Shown: positions 39,434 through 50,694, counted from the first letter of the stretch. The stretch is 64,000 nucleotides of DNA from an uncultured delta proteobacterium (GCA_963771175.1 CAVYSY010000005.1:1-64000), one strand, 5' to 3'. Numbers and translations: made by a program. The notes: generated by a model not told the origin, from the sequence alone.

Positions 39434-40090
39434 TTACGCCTGGGTGCCCATCACCTTGGCGGCCCAGCGGCGCGTCGAATCGTCCCCGTTCTTCATCAAC
39501 GAGTCGAAGCTCCCGGCGCGCATCAGTTCCACCAGCCGTTCGTCCCGTGCGAGGATTTCAGTTGCATGCCAGGGGAAGAGGAGGTCCGTTTCCCCCGATT
39601 CTTGGTAGCGCGAGTCGGCGACCAGGGCTTCCAGATACCGGGAGTAGCTGTCGAAGAACCGGTCCACGTTAGATGCGATGGGCATGATGTCGGGCGCGTA
39701 CTCGTAGGTGTCGATGCGCACCACGGGTTGTCTTCCCCGGTCATCCGCGAGCCGGGGCACGGTGGCATAGGTGTAGATGTCGCCGCCGAAAACAATCACC
39801 GGCTCTCCCAGTTGATCCCAGTAGTTGTTCCTCCACCACTTATTGGTTTCCTCTAGCCTATGCTCCTGATCATCGTGGCGGGTGAGCCCCCACCCCATGG
39901 CTTTGTCAGCGAAAGCCGCGTATCCCAGGCGCGCATAGACGCTTGTTAGGACCGGGTCGAAGGGGACGCCCTCTAGCAACCCCTCGGCCCTTAGTGGCTT
40001 ACGGGCGGGCGGTGACGTCTCCAGCCCGAGATTCAATTGCTTGCATATGCTCATCAGTCGCTCCAGCCCGGGCAGTGACATTGTCTCCAT
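39434..40090 (-). CDS. Putative immunity protein
   Basis: 13 nt downstream of the toxin stop; AT-richer; YTYATVP...QPVVRID...PIASNVDRFF recalls SUKH/SMI1-type folds. Confidence 0.65.
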   Translation of the reverse strand: METMSLPGLERLMSICKQLNLGLETSPPARKPLRAEGLLEGVPFDPVLTSVYARLGYAAFADKAMGWGLTRHDDQEHRLEETNKWWRNNYWDQLGEPVIVFGGDIYTYATVPRLADDRGRQPVVRIDTYEYAPDIMPIASNVDRFFDSYSRYLEALVADSRYQESGETDLLFPWHATEILARDERLVELMRAGSFDSLMKNGDDSTRRWAAKVMGTQA

Positions 40091-40103
40091 TGTTAATCCT
40101 CGT

Positions 40104-41985
40104 CTAGTCGAGACCAGGGAATTGAATCCGTAGTTCGCGCAACGCGGCTTCTCTGGCTTGGTCGGTGGTTTTCAGCAACCCTGGTGGAGTATCGACGCGG
40201 TGGTACCAGGGTTCGAATTGCCTATCAATGATTTCGGCCGCACGTCTTACGTCGTCCGCTGTCGGATTGGGCCGGGCGGTTCGAAATCTCTCCCACAAAA
40301 GATTGATGTCTTTGTGGGCGTACTTCCGCGTCATCGCCAGGTTCTTCGCGGCGTTGATGTTGTCATCCGGAAAGAGGTGCGCGTACTGGAGCGGTCGCCG
40401 GTGGTGGATAGGAAGTTCCGCTCGTAGCTCATTCAAGCTCTTGGCGAATTGCGGATACAACTCGGCGTAATACGCACGAGCGTCCTTCCGAAGGGTATTT
40501 TTTAGCTCCGTATCCAACGGTTGCCTGATGGCCTGTTCGAGGCGGGCAAAGAGGCCCCGCAGCGTCTGTCGCTCGCCTTTGGTCAGGGCCTGCTCGCCTT
40601 CCAGTGCCAGTTTTCGCCAGAGTTGCCCGAAAGCCTCCTGTTCCTCCTTGGACAGGCGCTTGAGGGCGGTGCGCAACCAGCCGGCCACCGCTTCGGGCTC
40701 GCGGCTCAGCGCCCGCCCCACCCACTCAAGCCCCTCCGTGGCGAAGAAGCCCAGGCCCCTGGCGAGAATGCCTCCCGCCATCCAGAGGGCTGCCTCCTCC
40801 ACGCCCCTCTCAGACAGCCAGGCCGAGCCCTCAATCACGCCCTCGCGCCAGCGCAGCAGGGTGGCCTCGTGCATGGACAGGTACCAGCTCGGCCCGGGCT
40901 GCTGCGGCGGGCGCTCCACCCGGGCGGACTCCACCCGGCCCCGTGCCTGAGCCTCTCCCGGCTGGTGCTCGGCCCCCAGCACCACCCGCACCGTGCGTGT
41001 CCCCAGCCCCTCGGTGAAGGGCAGCAGCACCTGCAACAGGTGCCCCGCCACCTCGGACGAGAGCGATTTCGAGCCGCCTCCCGGCCCCTCGCGCGTGCGC
41101 CGCACCTCGCGCAACTCCCACCCGGCGAGCCAGCCGTCCTCCAGTTGCACCGCGAGCTCCACCCGCGCCGCGCCCCCGGCTGGCACCTGCACGGCGCGCA
41201 CCCACGCGCTGGCCGCCTCGTGGAAGGCGAGGACGGTGTTGGCCGGCGTGCCCTGGGTGCGCACCGGCAGTGTCCGGGCCTCGGCGGGGCGGCCTCCCTG
41301 GCGGGTGGCGTCGTAGTCCACCGCCCAGCGCGCCTCCTCGCGCCGCAACCTCAGCACCACCTCGCCCGTCCGCCGGCCCGCGTAGTCGGCGAAGACACGG
41401 CGCAGCACCCGCGCCAGCCCCTCCGTTTCCACCGGCCGCCCCGCGCGCCCGCTCCCGCGCGCTTCCTCGTAGCCCACCGGCGTCAGCGCGCCCCCCTCCA
41501 CCCAGAAGGCGAAGGCCAGCACCGCCCCCACCTCCTCCACCCCGCTGCACAGGCCCACCACCCGTGCCAGCGCCCTGTCCACCTCGGCTTCCCGTGCCGC
41601 CTCCGCGTCCCGCCCCTCCCGTTGGGCCGCCAGCACCAGCGCCGCCGCTCTCTCCCGTTCCACCTGTCGCGCCCGCTCCTGGACTTGCTCGGGGCGCGTT
41701 CCTCCCTCTGGCCCATGCGCCAGCACCGTCACCGGCTCTTCCGCCGGGTGCGAGTCCCGCTCCGCCACTGCCTCCACTGCCGGAATCAAGAGGTTGCTCT
41801 CGCGGCGCCGCCTGGATGCTCGCGGGTGTCAGCCGTAAGGAGGCTGCGCCCCTCGCCATGCCATGCCCCCACGGCGTGCCCGTGGCGCAACCCAGCAGGA
41901 GGAGCAGCACCACCGGGGACACGGCGCTCAACCCCAGTGGCTGCCGCGCACCTGACGGGCGCGGGCCAGCACGACGGGTGGACAT
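40104..41985 (-). CDS. Lipoprotein polymorphic toxin with C-terminal His-motif (HNH-like) nuclease; frameshift near 41790
   Basis: Lipobox LLLLGC in the 41985 frame; body in frame 40104-41789; tip LPIHHRRPLQYAHLFPDDNINAAKNL...AHKDIN. Confidence 0.75.
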
Positions 41986-42272
41986 GCCGCACCTCCGAGC
42001 GGGCCGCGAGGCCTGGAAAGCGTGTCCTCGGGATTACAGGGAGGCTCGGGCTGACCCGTCAACACCCTTGAGCGCGTGGACGGGCGCTCACGGGAACGTC
42101 ACCCCGCTGGCGCTGAACGTCCGGCTCCCGCTCGCGTCCCACAGTTGGCCACGCACGCCGTCCTCGTCCATCAGTCCCTCGGCGCGCAGACCGATGAGGC
42201 TCCTCGGCCGGGGGTGGACTCCACCCAGAAGGCTGGGAGCGACTCGGGCGGCGTGCCATCTTACGCCACGCC

Positions 42273-43067
42273 ATGCGCTTCCTCTCCACCATCCTCGTCC
42301 TGTTCGCCTCTGTTCCGGTGTGGGCCCAGCCGGAGCTGCCGATGCCTGCCTCCCTCAGCGAGCGGGTGATGTTGGTGTGGGGAGGAGGACGGACGCGCGA
42401 GGAGGCGGAGGCCTTCGTGTCGTCCTACCAGGAGCGCGCGGTGGACTGGGCGCGTGTGCTGGAGCTGGGGCCCGGCTACCCGCGTGTCGTCGACGGCGCG
42501 GAGTTTCCCGGACTGCGTCCCGGCTACTACTTCGTGGCGCTGGGCGTGTGCGACGTGAAGGAGGGCGCGGAGCTGACGAAGGTGTTCAAGGCGCTGGAGC
42601 CGCTCTCGTACTCGCGCCGGGTGCTGTGGGAGGAGCGCGACCCGCTGGTGTGCCCGTCGCTGCTGCCGGGGTGGACCTTCGGCAAGAGCGTGCAGGCGCG
42701 GGTCTCGGGAGGCACGCTGGCGGGGGCCACCTTCGACTACGCGGAGGAGGTGGGGATGCGCGAGCACCGGAACTGGCTGCTCGTCCTCGCGCTGCTGAAG
42801 AAGGGGGACGCGGAGAGCACCGTCGTCGAGCCGCCGGAGGATGGGGCCTCGTCGGAGGTGAAGAGTCTGAAGGTGGGCCGGGGCGAGGTGGTGCTGGAGG
42901 AGTGGCTGACGCACCCGACGTGCGACCCGGAGCCGCGCTCCGAGCTGCACACGCGCACCTGGCGCTTTTCCGCGCAGAAGGGGGAGATCGTGACGAAGCA
43001 GGTGAAGAAGCTGGTGCAGCGCAAGGACTGCACGAAGGAGCCGGGCGAGGTTTCCGCGGAGGAGTGA
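42273..43067 (+). CDS. Hypothetical secreted protein
   Basis: Signal peptide MRFLSTILVLFASVPVWA; strong GC3 bias. Confidence 0.75.
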   Translation: MRFLSTILVLFASVPVWAQPELPMPASLSERVMLVWGGGRTREEAEAFVSSYQERAVDWARVLELGPGYPRVVDGAEFPGLRPGYYFVALGVCDVKEGAELTKVFKALEPLSYSRRVLWEERDPLVCPSLLPGWTFGKSVQARVSGGTLAGATFDYAEEVGMREHRNWLLVLALLKKGDAESTVVEPPEDGASSEVKSLKVGRGEVVLEEWLTHPTCDPEPRSELHTRTWRFSAQKGEIVTKQVKKLVQRKDCTKEPGEVSAEE

Positions 43068-43094
43068 GACGCTCCCCGGCGCGGGCCACCCGCT

Positions 43095-43523
43095 TCACTT
43101 GCGCTCACGGCCGAAGATGTCCGCGTCCGCTTCTTCTCCCCCGGGAGCACCGTCGGCGCCGTAGCTCCACACCACGGGCCGTCCATCGCGGAACTCATAC
43201 TGGTAGGGCATGCCCCAGGGGTCGTACGGGAAGCGTTCAATGATCCCGCTGTTCACGAGCGCCCGCATCCCTCCCGTGGTGGGGACACGCCCGGTCTTCG
43301 CGGAGTAGAGCTTCAGGGCATTGTGGATGCTCTCGATGTCGTGCTCGGCGGTGTCCCGCTTCGGAGGCGGGAAGCACACGCCCGGTATGATGAACAGCAT
43401 CACTCCGAGCCACAGCGCGCCCATCACCACGAACAGGCCCAGGGTGGTCACGAGGCTGAAGAGGAGATGGCGCAGCCATGCCTTCCAGGTGAGTTTCGGA
43501 TGCACGGACGGGTCTGGAGCCAT
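43095..43523 (-). CDS. GspG/T2SSG-domain pseudopilin-like protein, orphan
   Basis: DIESIHNALKLY...GRVPT...DPWGMPYQY...SYGADGAPGG...DADI. Confidence 0.8.
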   Translation of the reverse strand: MAPDPSVHPKLTWKAWLRHLLFSLVTTLGLFVVMGALWLGVMLFIIPGVCFPPPKRDTAEHDIESIHNALKLYSAKTGRVPTTGGMRALVNSGIIERFPYDPWGMPYQYEFRDGRPVVWSYGADGAPGGEEADADIFGRERK

Positions 43524-43744
43524 GCCCGAGGCGCTTTCAATCTCCGTACCCGCCAGCGCCACGAGGGAGCCAGTCCGGTGCGATGCACCAGGAGGCTGGG
43601 TCCGTGCACTCCTTGTCCGCACGGCGCCGGGCCCGGCTGCCAATCTGTCAGCACCTGCTCAGCAGGCGGGCAACCGAGGTCGGCAAAGGGTTCACGGCCC
43701 CGCCATGATCTCCTAGGGTGGATGCCTCTCCCCGAGCCGTGCCG

Positions 43745-45689
43745 ATGCCCCGCGCAACCCTGCCCGAAGACTACCGGCGACACGTGACGGCGGCCCTGGC
43801 CGCGCTGAACGTGCGCAACCTGGTGCTGAGCATCCACGACCCGAGCTTCCCGAGCGCCCCGGCTGAGGACATCGGCCGTGGCTCGCCGTACTCGGAAGGG
43901 GGCATGCGCTTCCTCGAGTTCGCGCGGGAGCTGGGCTTCAATGGCATCCAGCTCGGCCCGCAGGGGCAGACATCGGAGGACAACCCCTCGCCGTACGACG
44001 GGACGCTCTTCTCGCGGAACGCGCTGAACGTGGCGCTCGCGTCCCTCACGCACGAGGAGTCCTGGGGCGGCCTGCTGCGGCCCGAGCACGTGCAGGCCCT
44101 CGTCGCGTCCCGGCCCGGCGGTGGCGAGTCGCGAACGAAGCACCGCTACGCCTTCCGAGCCCAGAGCGAGGCGCTGGAGGAGGCGTGGGTCACCTTCCAG
44201 CAAAAGCGGGCCCGGGCCATGCCGGGCAGCGCCATCGCCTGGCTGGCCGAGCACTTCGACACCTTCCGGCGCGAGCACCACGAGTGGCTGGAGCGGGACG
44301 CGCTCTATGACGCGCTCTGCATCGAGCACGGGCGCCCCTACTGGAAGGAGTGGCCGAGCGAGTGGGACAGGCGGCTGTGGAGCCCGCGCGCGGGTGAGGA
44401 GGTGACGTTCACCCAGCGCCGACACGTGCTGCTGGCGAAGTACGCCGGGCAGGTGGAGGCCCATGCCTTCCGGCAGTTCCTGGTGCACTCGCAGCACGCG
44501 GCGCTGCGGGAGCGGACGGTGGCCTGGGGCCTGAAGCTGTACGGGGACCTGCAGATTGGTTTCTCGCCGAAGGATGCGTGGGCGCACCAGGGGCTCTTCC
44601 TGGGCTCGTACCTGATGGGAGCGCCGCCCAGCCGTACCAACCCCGAGGGTCAGCCGTGGAACTACCCGGTGTTGGATCCGGCGCAGTACCGCGCGCCGAA
44701 CGGAGCGCCGGGCCCGGTGCTGGGGTTCATGGCCTCGCGGGTGAACAAGATGCTGTCCGAGTACGACGGACTGCGCATCGACCATCCGCACGGGCTGGTG
44801 TGCCCGTGGGTGTACCGCTCGGGAGAGCTGGATGCGCTGCGCGCGGTGCAGAACGGGGCGCGGCTCTTCTCCTCGCCGGACCTGCCGGAGCACCCGGAGC
44901 TGGCGCGCTGGTCCATCGTTGCGCCGGGGCAGCTCGACCGCATCGGTGCCGCGCTACGCGGATGGCTGGGTGCGCGAGCTGAGCCCTGCGCAGGTGCGTC
45001 GCTACAGCGCTCTCTTCGATGCCATCATCACGGCGGCGCATGCCCACGGGCGGAAGGTGTCGGACCTGCTGTGCGAGGTGTTGAGCACCATGCCCCATCC
45101 GCTGCAGCGGGTGCTGGAGCAGTACGGGCTGGGGCGCTTCCGGGTGACGCAGAAGGCGGACCTGACGAACCCGCGGGACGTGTACCGGTGCGAGAACGCC
45201 GCGCCCGGGGATTGGATCATGGTGGGCAACCACGACACGAAACCCATCTGGGCCCTGGCGGACCGCTGGCGGCAGGCGGGCGAGGCGCGTGCACAGGCGG
45301 ACTACCTGGCGTGGAGGCTCCACCCGGAGGAGGAGGGGCGCGAGGACTTCGCGCGGCGGCTGGTGGAGGAGCCGGGGTTGCTGGTGCAGGCGAAGTTCGC
45401 GGACCTGTTCGCGAGCCGGGCGGAGAACGTGATGGTGTTCTTCGCGGACCTGCTGGGGATGAAGGAGACGTACAACGCGCCCGGCACGGTGAGCGAGGAG
45501 AACTGGAGCCTCCGCGTGCCCAACGACTACCGGCGCGAGTACGCGGAGAAGCTCCAGGGCGATGCCGCGTTGAACCTGCCGAAGGCGCTGGCGTTGGCGT
45601 TGCGCGCGGGCGGAGAGGAGGCTCGCGCGCGACACCAGGGGCTCATCACGGCGCTGGAGCGGCTGGCCGCGGAGCTGCAACTCGGGTGA
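43745..45689 (+). CDS. malQ: 4-alpha-glucanotransferase (GH77); frameshift near 44940
   Basis: SPYDG, LYGDLQIG, GAPP...GQPWNYP, GLRIDHPHG, GNHDT, YNAPGT...NWSLR. Confidence 0.85.
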
Positions 45690-45698
45690 CGAGCGTGC

Positions 45699-46431
45699 TC
45701 AGTCCTGCACGTCCACGACGAGGCGGGTGGGCTCCTTCAGCTCCATGACCCGGTACTTGTTGGGGTGCTTCACGCCGAGCACCCAGGTGACCTCGCCCTC
45801 GAAGTCGCACGTCAGCTCCAGCTCCTCGAGCACGGGGAGCTTGGGCTTGCGCTCGCGCTCGGCGACCGTCACCTGACCATCCGCGTGGGCCTGGGCGGGT
45901 GTCATGCGCACCTGCAGCCAGCCCTGGCCGGCGATGGGCGTGGGGTCGCCGGAGCCGCACTTGATGACCGGCTTGTCGATGTACTCGAGGTGGTAGCCGG
46001 GCACCTGGTCGCCGTCGAACTGGAACACGACGCGGTCGAAGCCCTCGTTGCGGGCCGAGCGCACCTCGCGCAACGCCACCGGCTTCAGGGTGGAGCGCTT
46101 GATGTCCACGCGGCCCGCGGTCCACTCGCGGTTCTTCGGGTCCTCGGGCTGGAGGGCCTGTGAGCCCGCGGGGGTGGGGGAGGGCGGAGGCGTGGCCTCG
46201 GGAGCGGGCGTGGCCCCGGCATCGGCTCGCGGCGCCAGCATCGGCCTCGGCGGTCTGCTCGGCGGGAGCGGGGGGCGTGGTGGGCGACGCGGGCGGGGGC
46301 GTCGCCTCGGCGGGAGCGGTCTCGGCGGGGGTGGTGGGCTCGGGCCGTGCGGCCGGCTCGTCCTTCTTGCATCCCGCCATCGCGAGGCAGGCGGCGAGCC
46401 CCAGCGGCATCCAGCGTCCGGTCACCTTCAT
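45699..46431 (-). CDS. Lipoprotein with Pro-rich linker and AMIN-like C-terminal domain; frameshifted
   Basis: Lipobox MAGC; EVRSARNEGFDRVVFQF, DFEGEVTWVLG, PTRLVVDV. Confidence 0.75.
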
Positions 46432-46568
46432 CGTCGTCCTCCTGGCGGCCCGCGTGGTTGGGGCCGGAAACAGGGCCCCATGTGGCACGAGCCGCGCCCG
46501 AGTGCCAGAAGGATTGCCTCGGGGAGCCAGCGGAGCCGGAACGACGGCGGCTCCGCCAGTGGAGGGAC

Positions 46569-47042
46569 TCAGTCGTCCTGTTTGACCGGGATGAACTGGC
46601 CGCGAATCTCACCGGTCGGGTTGTTGGTGGTGTGGACGTTCACGTAATAGAGGCTGTCCTTGAAGTCATCCCGCTCGTCGTCGTTGAGCGTCCTGGTCCC
46701 TTCGAAGGTGCCGTTGCGCATGTCGGTGCTGGTGACGGTGAGGTTGAAGACGATGGGGCCGCTCGTGCCCGCGGCGCCCACGTGGACGTGGGCCGAGCTG
46801 CCGGACACCTCCTGCAGGTCGCTCGTCAGTCCGGAGAAGCTGCCGACGACCTTGAGCTCGTCATCGTCGAGCGTGGCGGTGGCCGTCCCGGAGGCGGTGG
46901 TCGTCACCGGAGGGACCTCGGCGGCGCCCGAGAGCTGGGTGGACGCGATGTACTTGTCTTCGCCGCAGCCGGTCAGCGCCAGCAGCCCGGCTCCCACCAA
47001 CGTCAGCACCGCCCCCCAACGCTTCGTGTGTTGCGTGTGCAT
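46569..47042 (-). CDS. CHRD-domain lipoprotein
   Basis: Lipobox LTGC; LSGAAEVPPV, AHVH, YVNVHT...GEIRGQ. Confidence 0.9.
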   Translation of the reverse strand: MHTQHTKRWGAVLTLVGAGLLALTGCGEDKYIASTQLSGAAEVPPVTTTASGTATATLDDDELKVVGSFSGLTSDLQEVSGSSAHVHVGAAGTSGPIVFNLTVTSTDMRNGTFEGTRTLNDDERDDFKDSLYYVNVHTTNNPTGEIRGQFIPVKQDD

Positions 47043-47344
47043 CGGTGTCTCCTGTCTGTCCGCCAGGGCCCATGGTCGTGCCCGGAATGGGCCCGGTGCC
47101 CGGTGGAGGGTCCCGTGTCTAGAGGACTTCCGGGATGCCATCGATTCCATGTGACGGGGGAGTGCCCGGTATCGGGCGGTCCCGGGCTCGGCCGTTCATT
47201 CCTGACACCTCGGGTGGGTCCAGGGGGAGGGAGGAGGCATCCGGGGCGATACACGTCTGGGGGGCGTCAATTCACACGGACTGCTTGGGAGGACGTACTC
47301 CGCCGCGTATATCGTGGCCTGGACGCGTACCCGAATCTGGAGCG

Positions 47345-48646
47345 ATGACTTCAATGGCCCTCGATCTCACCCCCCTGCTTGGTCCCCGGCGGGACGACAC
47401 CCTTGGCACGATGGTGCGCGGTCTCGTCGGCAGCGAAATCCTCCGCATCGCGGGGGAGATTCGCGAGTTGGTGGCCCAGGGCAAACAGGTGTGCAACCTG
47501 ACCGTGGGTGATTTCAGCCCCAAGGAGTTCCCCATCCCGCCCGGGCTGGGCGAGGGCATCGCCACGGCGCTGAAGGCGGGGGAGACGAACTACCCGCCCT
47601 CGGATGGAGTGCTGTCGCTCCGGCAGGCGGTGCTGCGCTTCTACGAGCGCGCGCTGGGGCTGAAGTACCCGCTGGAGAGCGTGCTCATCGCCGGCGGTGC
47701 GCGGCCGATCATCTACGCCATCTTCCGCGCGGTGGTGGATCCGGGAGACACGGTCGTCTACCCGGTGCCCTCGTGGAACAACAACCACTACACGCACATG
47801 GTGGGGGCGAAGCACGTGCCGGTGGTCACCGACGCCGAGCATGGCTTCATGCCCACGGTGGAGCAGCTCGCGCCGCACCTGAAGGAGGCGCGCCTGCTGT
47901 GCCTGTGCAGCCCGCTCAACCCCACGGGCACGATGATTTCGCCCGAGTCCCTGCGGGACATCAGCCGGCGCGTGGTGGAGGAGAACCGCCAGCGCGAGGC
48001 GCAGGGGCGCAAGCCGCTCATCGTGATGTACGACCAGATCTACTGGACGCTCGCGTTCGGGCAGACGAAGCACGTGACGCCGCTGGAGCTGGTGCCGGAG
48101 CTGGCGCCGTACACGGTGTTCGTGGACGGCATCTCGAAGGCCTTCGCGGCCACGGGTGTGCGCGTGGGCTGGGCGCTGGGGCCGCCGTCCATCGTCTCGC
48201 GGATGAAGGACGTGCTGGGGCACGTGGGGGCGTGGGCTCCCAAGGCCGAGCAGGTGGCGGTGGCGCGCTTCCTGGATGACGTGCCGGCCACGTCGGGCTT
48301 CCTGGAGGTGATGCGCCAGCGGGTGGACGAGCGGCTGGTGGCGTTGCACCAGGGCTTCACGGCGATGCGGGAGGCGGGTCTGCCGGTGCGCTCCATCGCG
48401 CCGCAGGGCGCCATCTATCTGTCGGCGCGGTTCGATCTGATCGGCAAGGCGGGGCTGAAGACGAACGACGACATCCGCCGGCTGCTGCTGGACAAGGCGG
48501 GCTTCGCGTTGGTGCCCTTCCAGGCCTTTGGTCTGAAGGAGGACACGGGCTGGTTCCGCCTGTCGGTGGGCGCCGTGTCCCTGGAGGAGATTCAAGCGGC
48601 GCTGCCGAGGGTGGAGGCGGTGCTGCGCGAGGCGGCGGGCAGGTAG
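47345..48646 (+). CDS. PLP-dependent class I/II aminotransferase (aspartate aminotransferase-like)
   Basis: NLTVGD, YPPSDG, SPLNPTG, YDQIY, GISKAFAATGVRVGW, FRLS. Confidence 0.92.
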   Translation: MTSMALDLTPLLGPRRDDTLGTMVRGLVGSEILRIAGEIRELVAQGKQVCNLTVGDFSPKEFPIPPGLGEGIATALKAGETNYPPSDGVLSLRQAVLRFYERALGLKYPLESVLIAGGARPIIYAIFRAVVDPGDTVVYPVPSWNNNHYTHMVGAKHVPVVTDAEHGFMPTVEQLAPHLKEARLLCLCSPLNPTGTMISPESLRDISRRVVEENRQREAQGRKPLIVMYDQIYWTLAFGQTKHVTPLELVPELAPYTVFVDGISKAFAATGVRVGWALGPPSIVSRMKDVLGHVGAWAPKAEQVAVARFLDDVPATSGFLEVMRQRVDERLVALHQGFTAMREAGLPVRSIAPQGAIYLSARFDLIGKAGLKTNDDIRRLLLDKAGFALVPFQAFGLKEDTGWFRLSVGAVSLEEIQAALPRVEAVLREAAGR

Positions 48647-48778
48647 GCCCCCTCGGGGACCCCGTCTGGCGTGTCCCATCGGGCTCGGGAATAGGGGGGC
48701 CGTGTCGCCGTTGAGGGCGGCACGCTCGGGGGGCGGCCAACCGCTTTTCGAGTGCCCACGGGGACGGCACCACCACCC

Positions 48779-50056
48779 ATGCTCAAGAGATTCGTGAACG
48801 TGAAGGACGAGGAGGTGGGCTCGGTCCTGCTGGCCTTCGTGTACTTCTTCACGTTGATGTGTGGCTACGCCATCCTCAAGCCGCTGCGCGACGAGATGGC
48901 GACGGCGAAGGGCGTGAAGAACGTCTCGTGGCTCTTCACGGCGACCTTCGTGGTGATGCTGGTGGCGGTGCCGGCCTTCTCGGCGCTGGTGGCGCGCTGG
49001 CCGAGGCAGCGGGTCATCCCGCTCGTCTACCGCTTCTTCCTGGTCAACCTGTTGGCCTTCTTCGTGGTGCTGAAGCTGGACGTGGGGCGCGGCGTGGTGG
49101 CGCCCGCCTTCTTCGTCTGGGTGAGCGTCTACAACCTCTTCGTCGTCTCCATCTTCTGGAGCTTCATGGCGGACCTGTTCGCGAGCGAGCAGGGCCGGCG
49201 CCTCTTCGGCTTCATCGCGGCGGGGGGCACGGCGGGCATGCTGGTGGGGCCCTTCCTGGTGACGCGCCTGGCCGAGCCGCTGGGTGCCACGAACCTGATG
49301 CTCGTCACCGCGGTGCTGCTGGAGGTCAGCGCGCAGTGCGTGCGGCTGTTGTCGCGCCGGGCCGCTGTCGTTCAGCCCCGGGCGGCCGTCGCCGAGGCTC
49401 CGGTGGGCGGGGACATCTTCGCCGGGCCGCGGCTGCTGTTCTCCTCGCCGCTGCTGCTGGGCCTGGGGCTGCAGATGCTCCTCTACGCCGCCACCTCCAC
49501 CTTCCTCTACAACCAGCAGGCCCACATCGTGGCCACGGTGGCCTCCGGCACCAACGCGCGCACCGCCGCCTTCGCCCACCTCGACTTCTGGGTGCAGGCC
49601 CTCACGCTCGTGCTGCAACTGGTGGTGACGGGGCGCCTCATGACGCGCTTCGGCCTGGGCCTGACGCTGGCGGTGGCGCCGGTGCTCACCGCGCTCGGCT
49701 TTCTCGGGCTGGCGATGGTGCCCACGATGCTGATGCTCATCGGCTTCAAGTCACTGCGCGGTGCCACGCACTACGCCTTCGAGCGGCCCGGGCGCGAGGT
49801 CCTCTTCACCAGCGTGGACCGCGAGGCCAGATACAAGTCCAAGGGCTTCATCGACACGGTGGTGTACCGCGGCAGTGACTCGGTGAGTGCCTGGCTGTAC
49901 ACGGGCCTCGACTCGCTGGGCCTGGGCGTGACGGCGCTGGCGCTGACCGCGGTGCCCTTCGCGGGCCTGTGGCTCACGGTGTCCCTGTGGCTCGCCCGGC
50001 AGCAGCAGCGCGCTCCCGCGCCCGCTTCGGCTCCCACGCTGACTCCCGCGCCGTAA
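48779..50056 (+). CDS. MFS transporter of the ATP/ADP translocase (TLC/NTT)-like family
   Basis: About 12 TM; YAILKPLRDEM, FWSFMADLF...RLFGFI, YKSKGFIDTVVYRGSD. Confidence 0.85.
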   Translation: MLKRFVNVKDEEVGSVLLAFVYFFTLMCGYAILKPLRDEMATAKGVKNVSWLFTATFVVMLVAVPAFSALVARWPRQRVIPLVYRFFLVNLLAFFVVLKLDVGRGVVAPAFFVWVSVYNLFVVSIFWSFMADLFASEQGRRLFGFIAAGGTAGMLVGPFLVTRLAEPLGATNLMLVTAVLLEVSAQCVRLLSRRAAVVQPRAAVAEAPVGGDIFAGPRLLFSSPLLLGLGLQMLLYAATSTFLYNQQAHIVATVASGTNARTAAFAHLDFWVQALTLVLQLVVTGRLMTRFGLGLTLAVAPVLTALGFLGLAMVPTMLMLIGFKSLRGATHYAFERPGREVLFTSVDREARYKSKGFIDTVVYRGSDSVSAWLYTGLDSLGLGVTALALTAVPFAGLWLTVSLWLARQQQRAPAPASAPTLTPAP

Positions 50057-50237
50057 CGGCAAAAAAAATGGGGAATGTCTCGTTTGGAAGCGAGACATCC
50101 CCCATCACTGCGACCTCGACCTCACTGCCTTCCCCTCCTGCGGGCAGGAGTCGTCGGGTCGTCAGCCCTGGAACCCGGCCCCCGCCGGACTCCCGGGCTG
50201 GCCCCCCGGTGCAGGAGGGGGGCGAAACGCAAAAGCC

Positions 50238-50694
50238 CTACCAGCTATAGATGCCACCTTCGTCCACCACCTCGTCGAGGTCGTGGTTGTGCGCCGACTC
50301 CATCGGCTGGTTCCGGGAGCGGCGACCCGGGCTGAAACCCCAGCCCCCGGCCAGCACGAGAGAAGCCGACGTCAGGTGCGGAGACAGCGGCCGCACCGAC
50401 GCGAGACAGGTCACCCCCGTGAGTGCCTCGCGCAGGGCGGCCGTTACCCGGGCCTCCATCAGCACCGCGAGCTGCGTGCGCTTCGCCCCCGCGAAGTACG
50501 CCACCCGCGGCACCTCCACCGTGTTTCCCCCCCCCCTGCCCGGCCGTCCTGGACAGACGGACCAGGTTCCTGGTCACCGACGCGCCCGGCTCCCCCCCCA
50601 TATTCAGGACCAGGCCCATCCTCTCCCCGCCCGACCGCTTCCCGTGGACCTGATGCCCCGCTGCCTTCATCCCGTTCTCAACCCTGAGCTGCAT
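50238..50694 (-). CDS. Hypothetical protein split at a G10 run
   Basis: Removing one G from the run at 50527-50536 joins ORFs 50245-50694 and 50238-50519 into one reading frame of about 151 aa. Confidence 0.5.

Noticed and set aside
42112..42128. LexA-like site GCTGAACG upstream of the nuclease toxin
   Set aside because: Only one arm matches; the second arm is absent.
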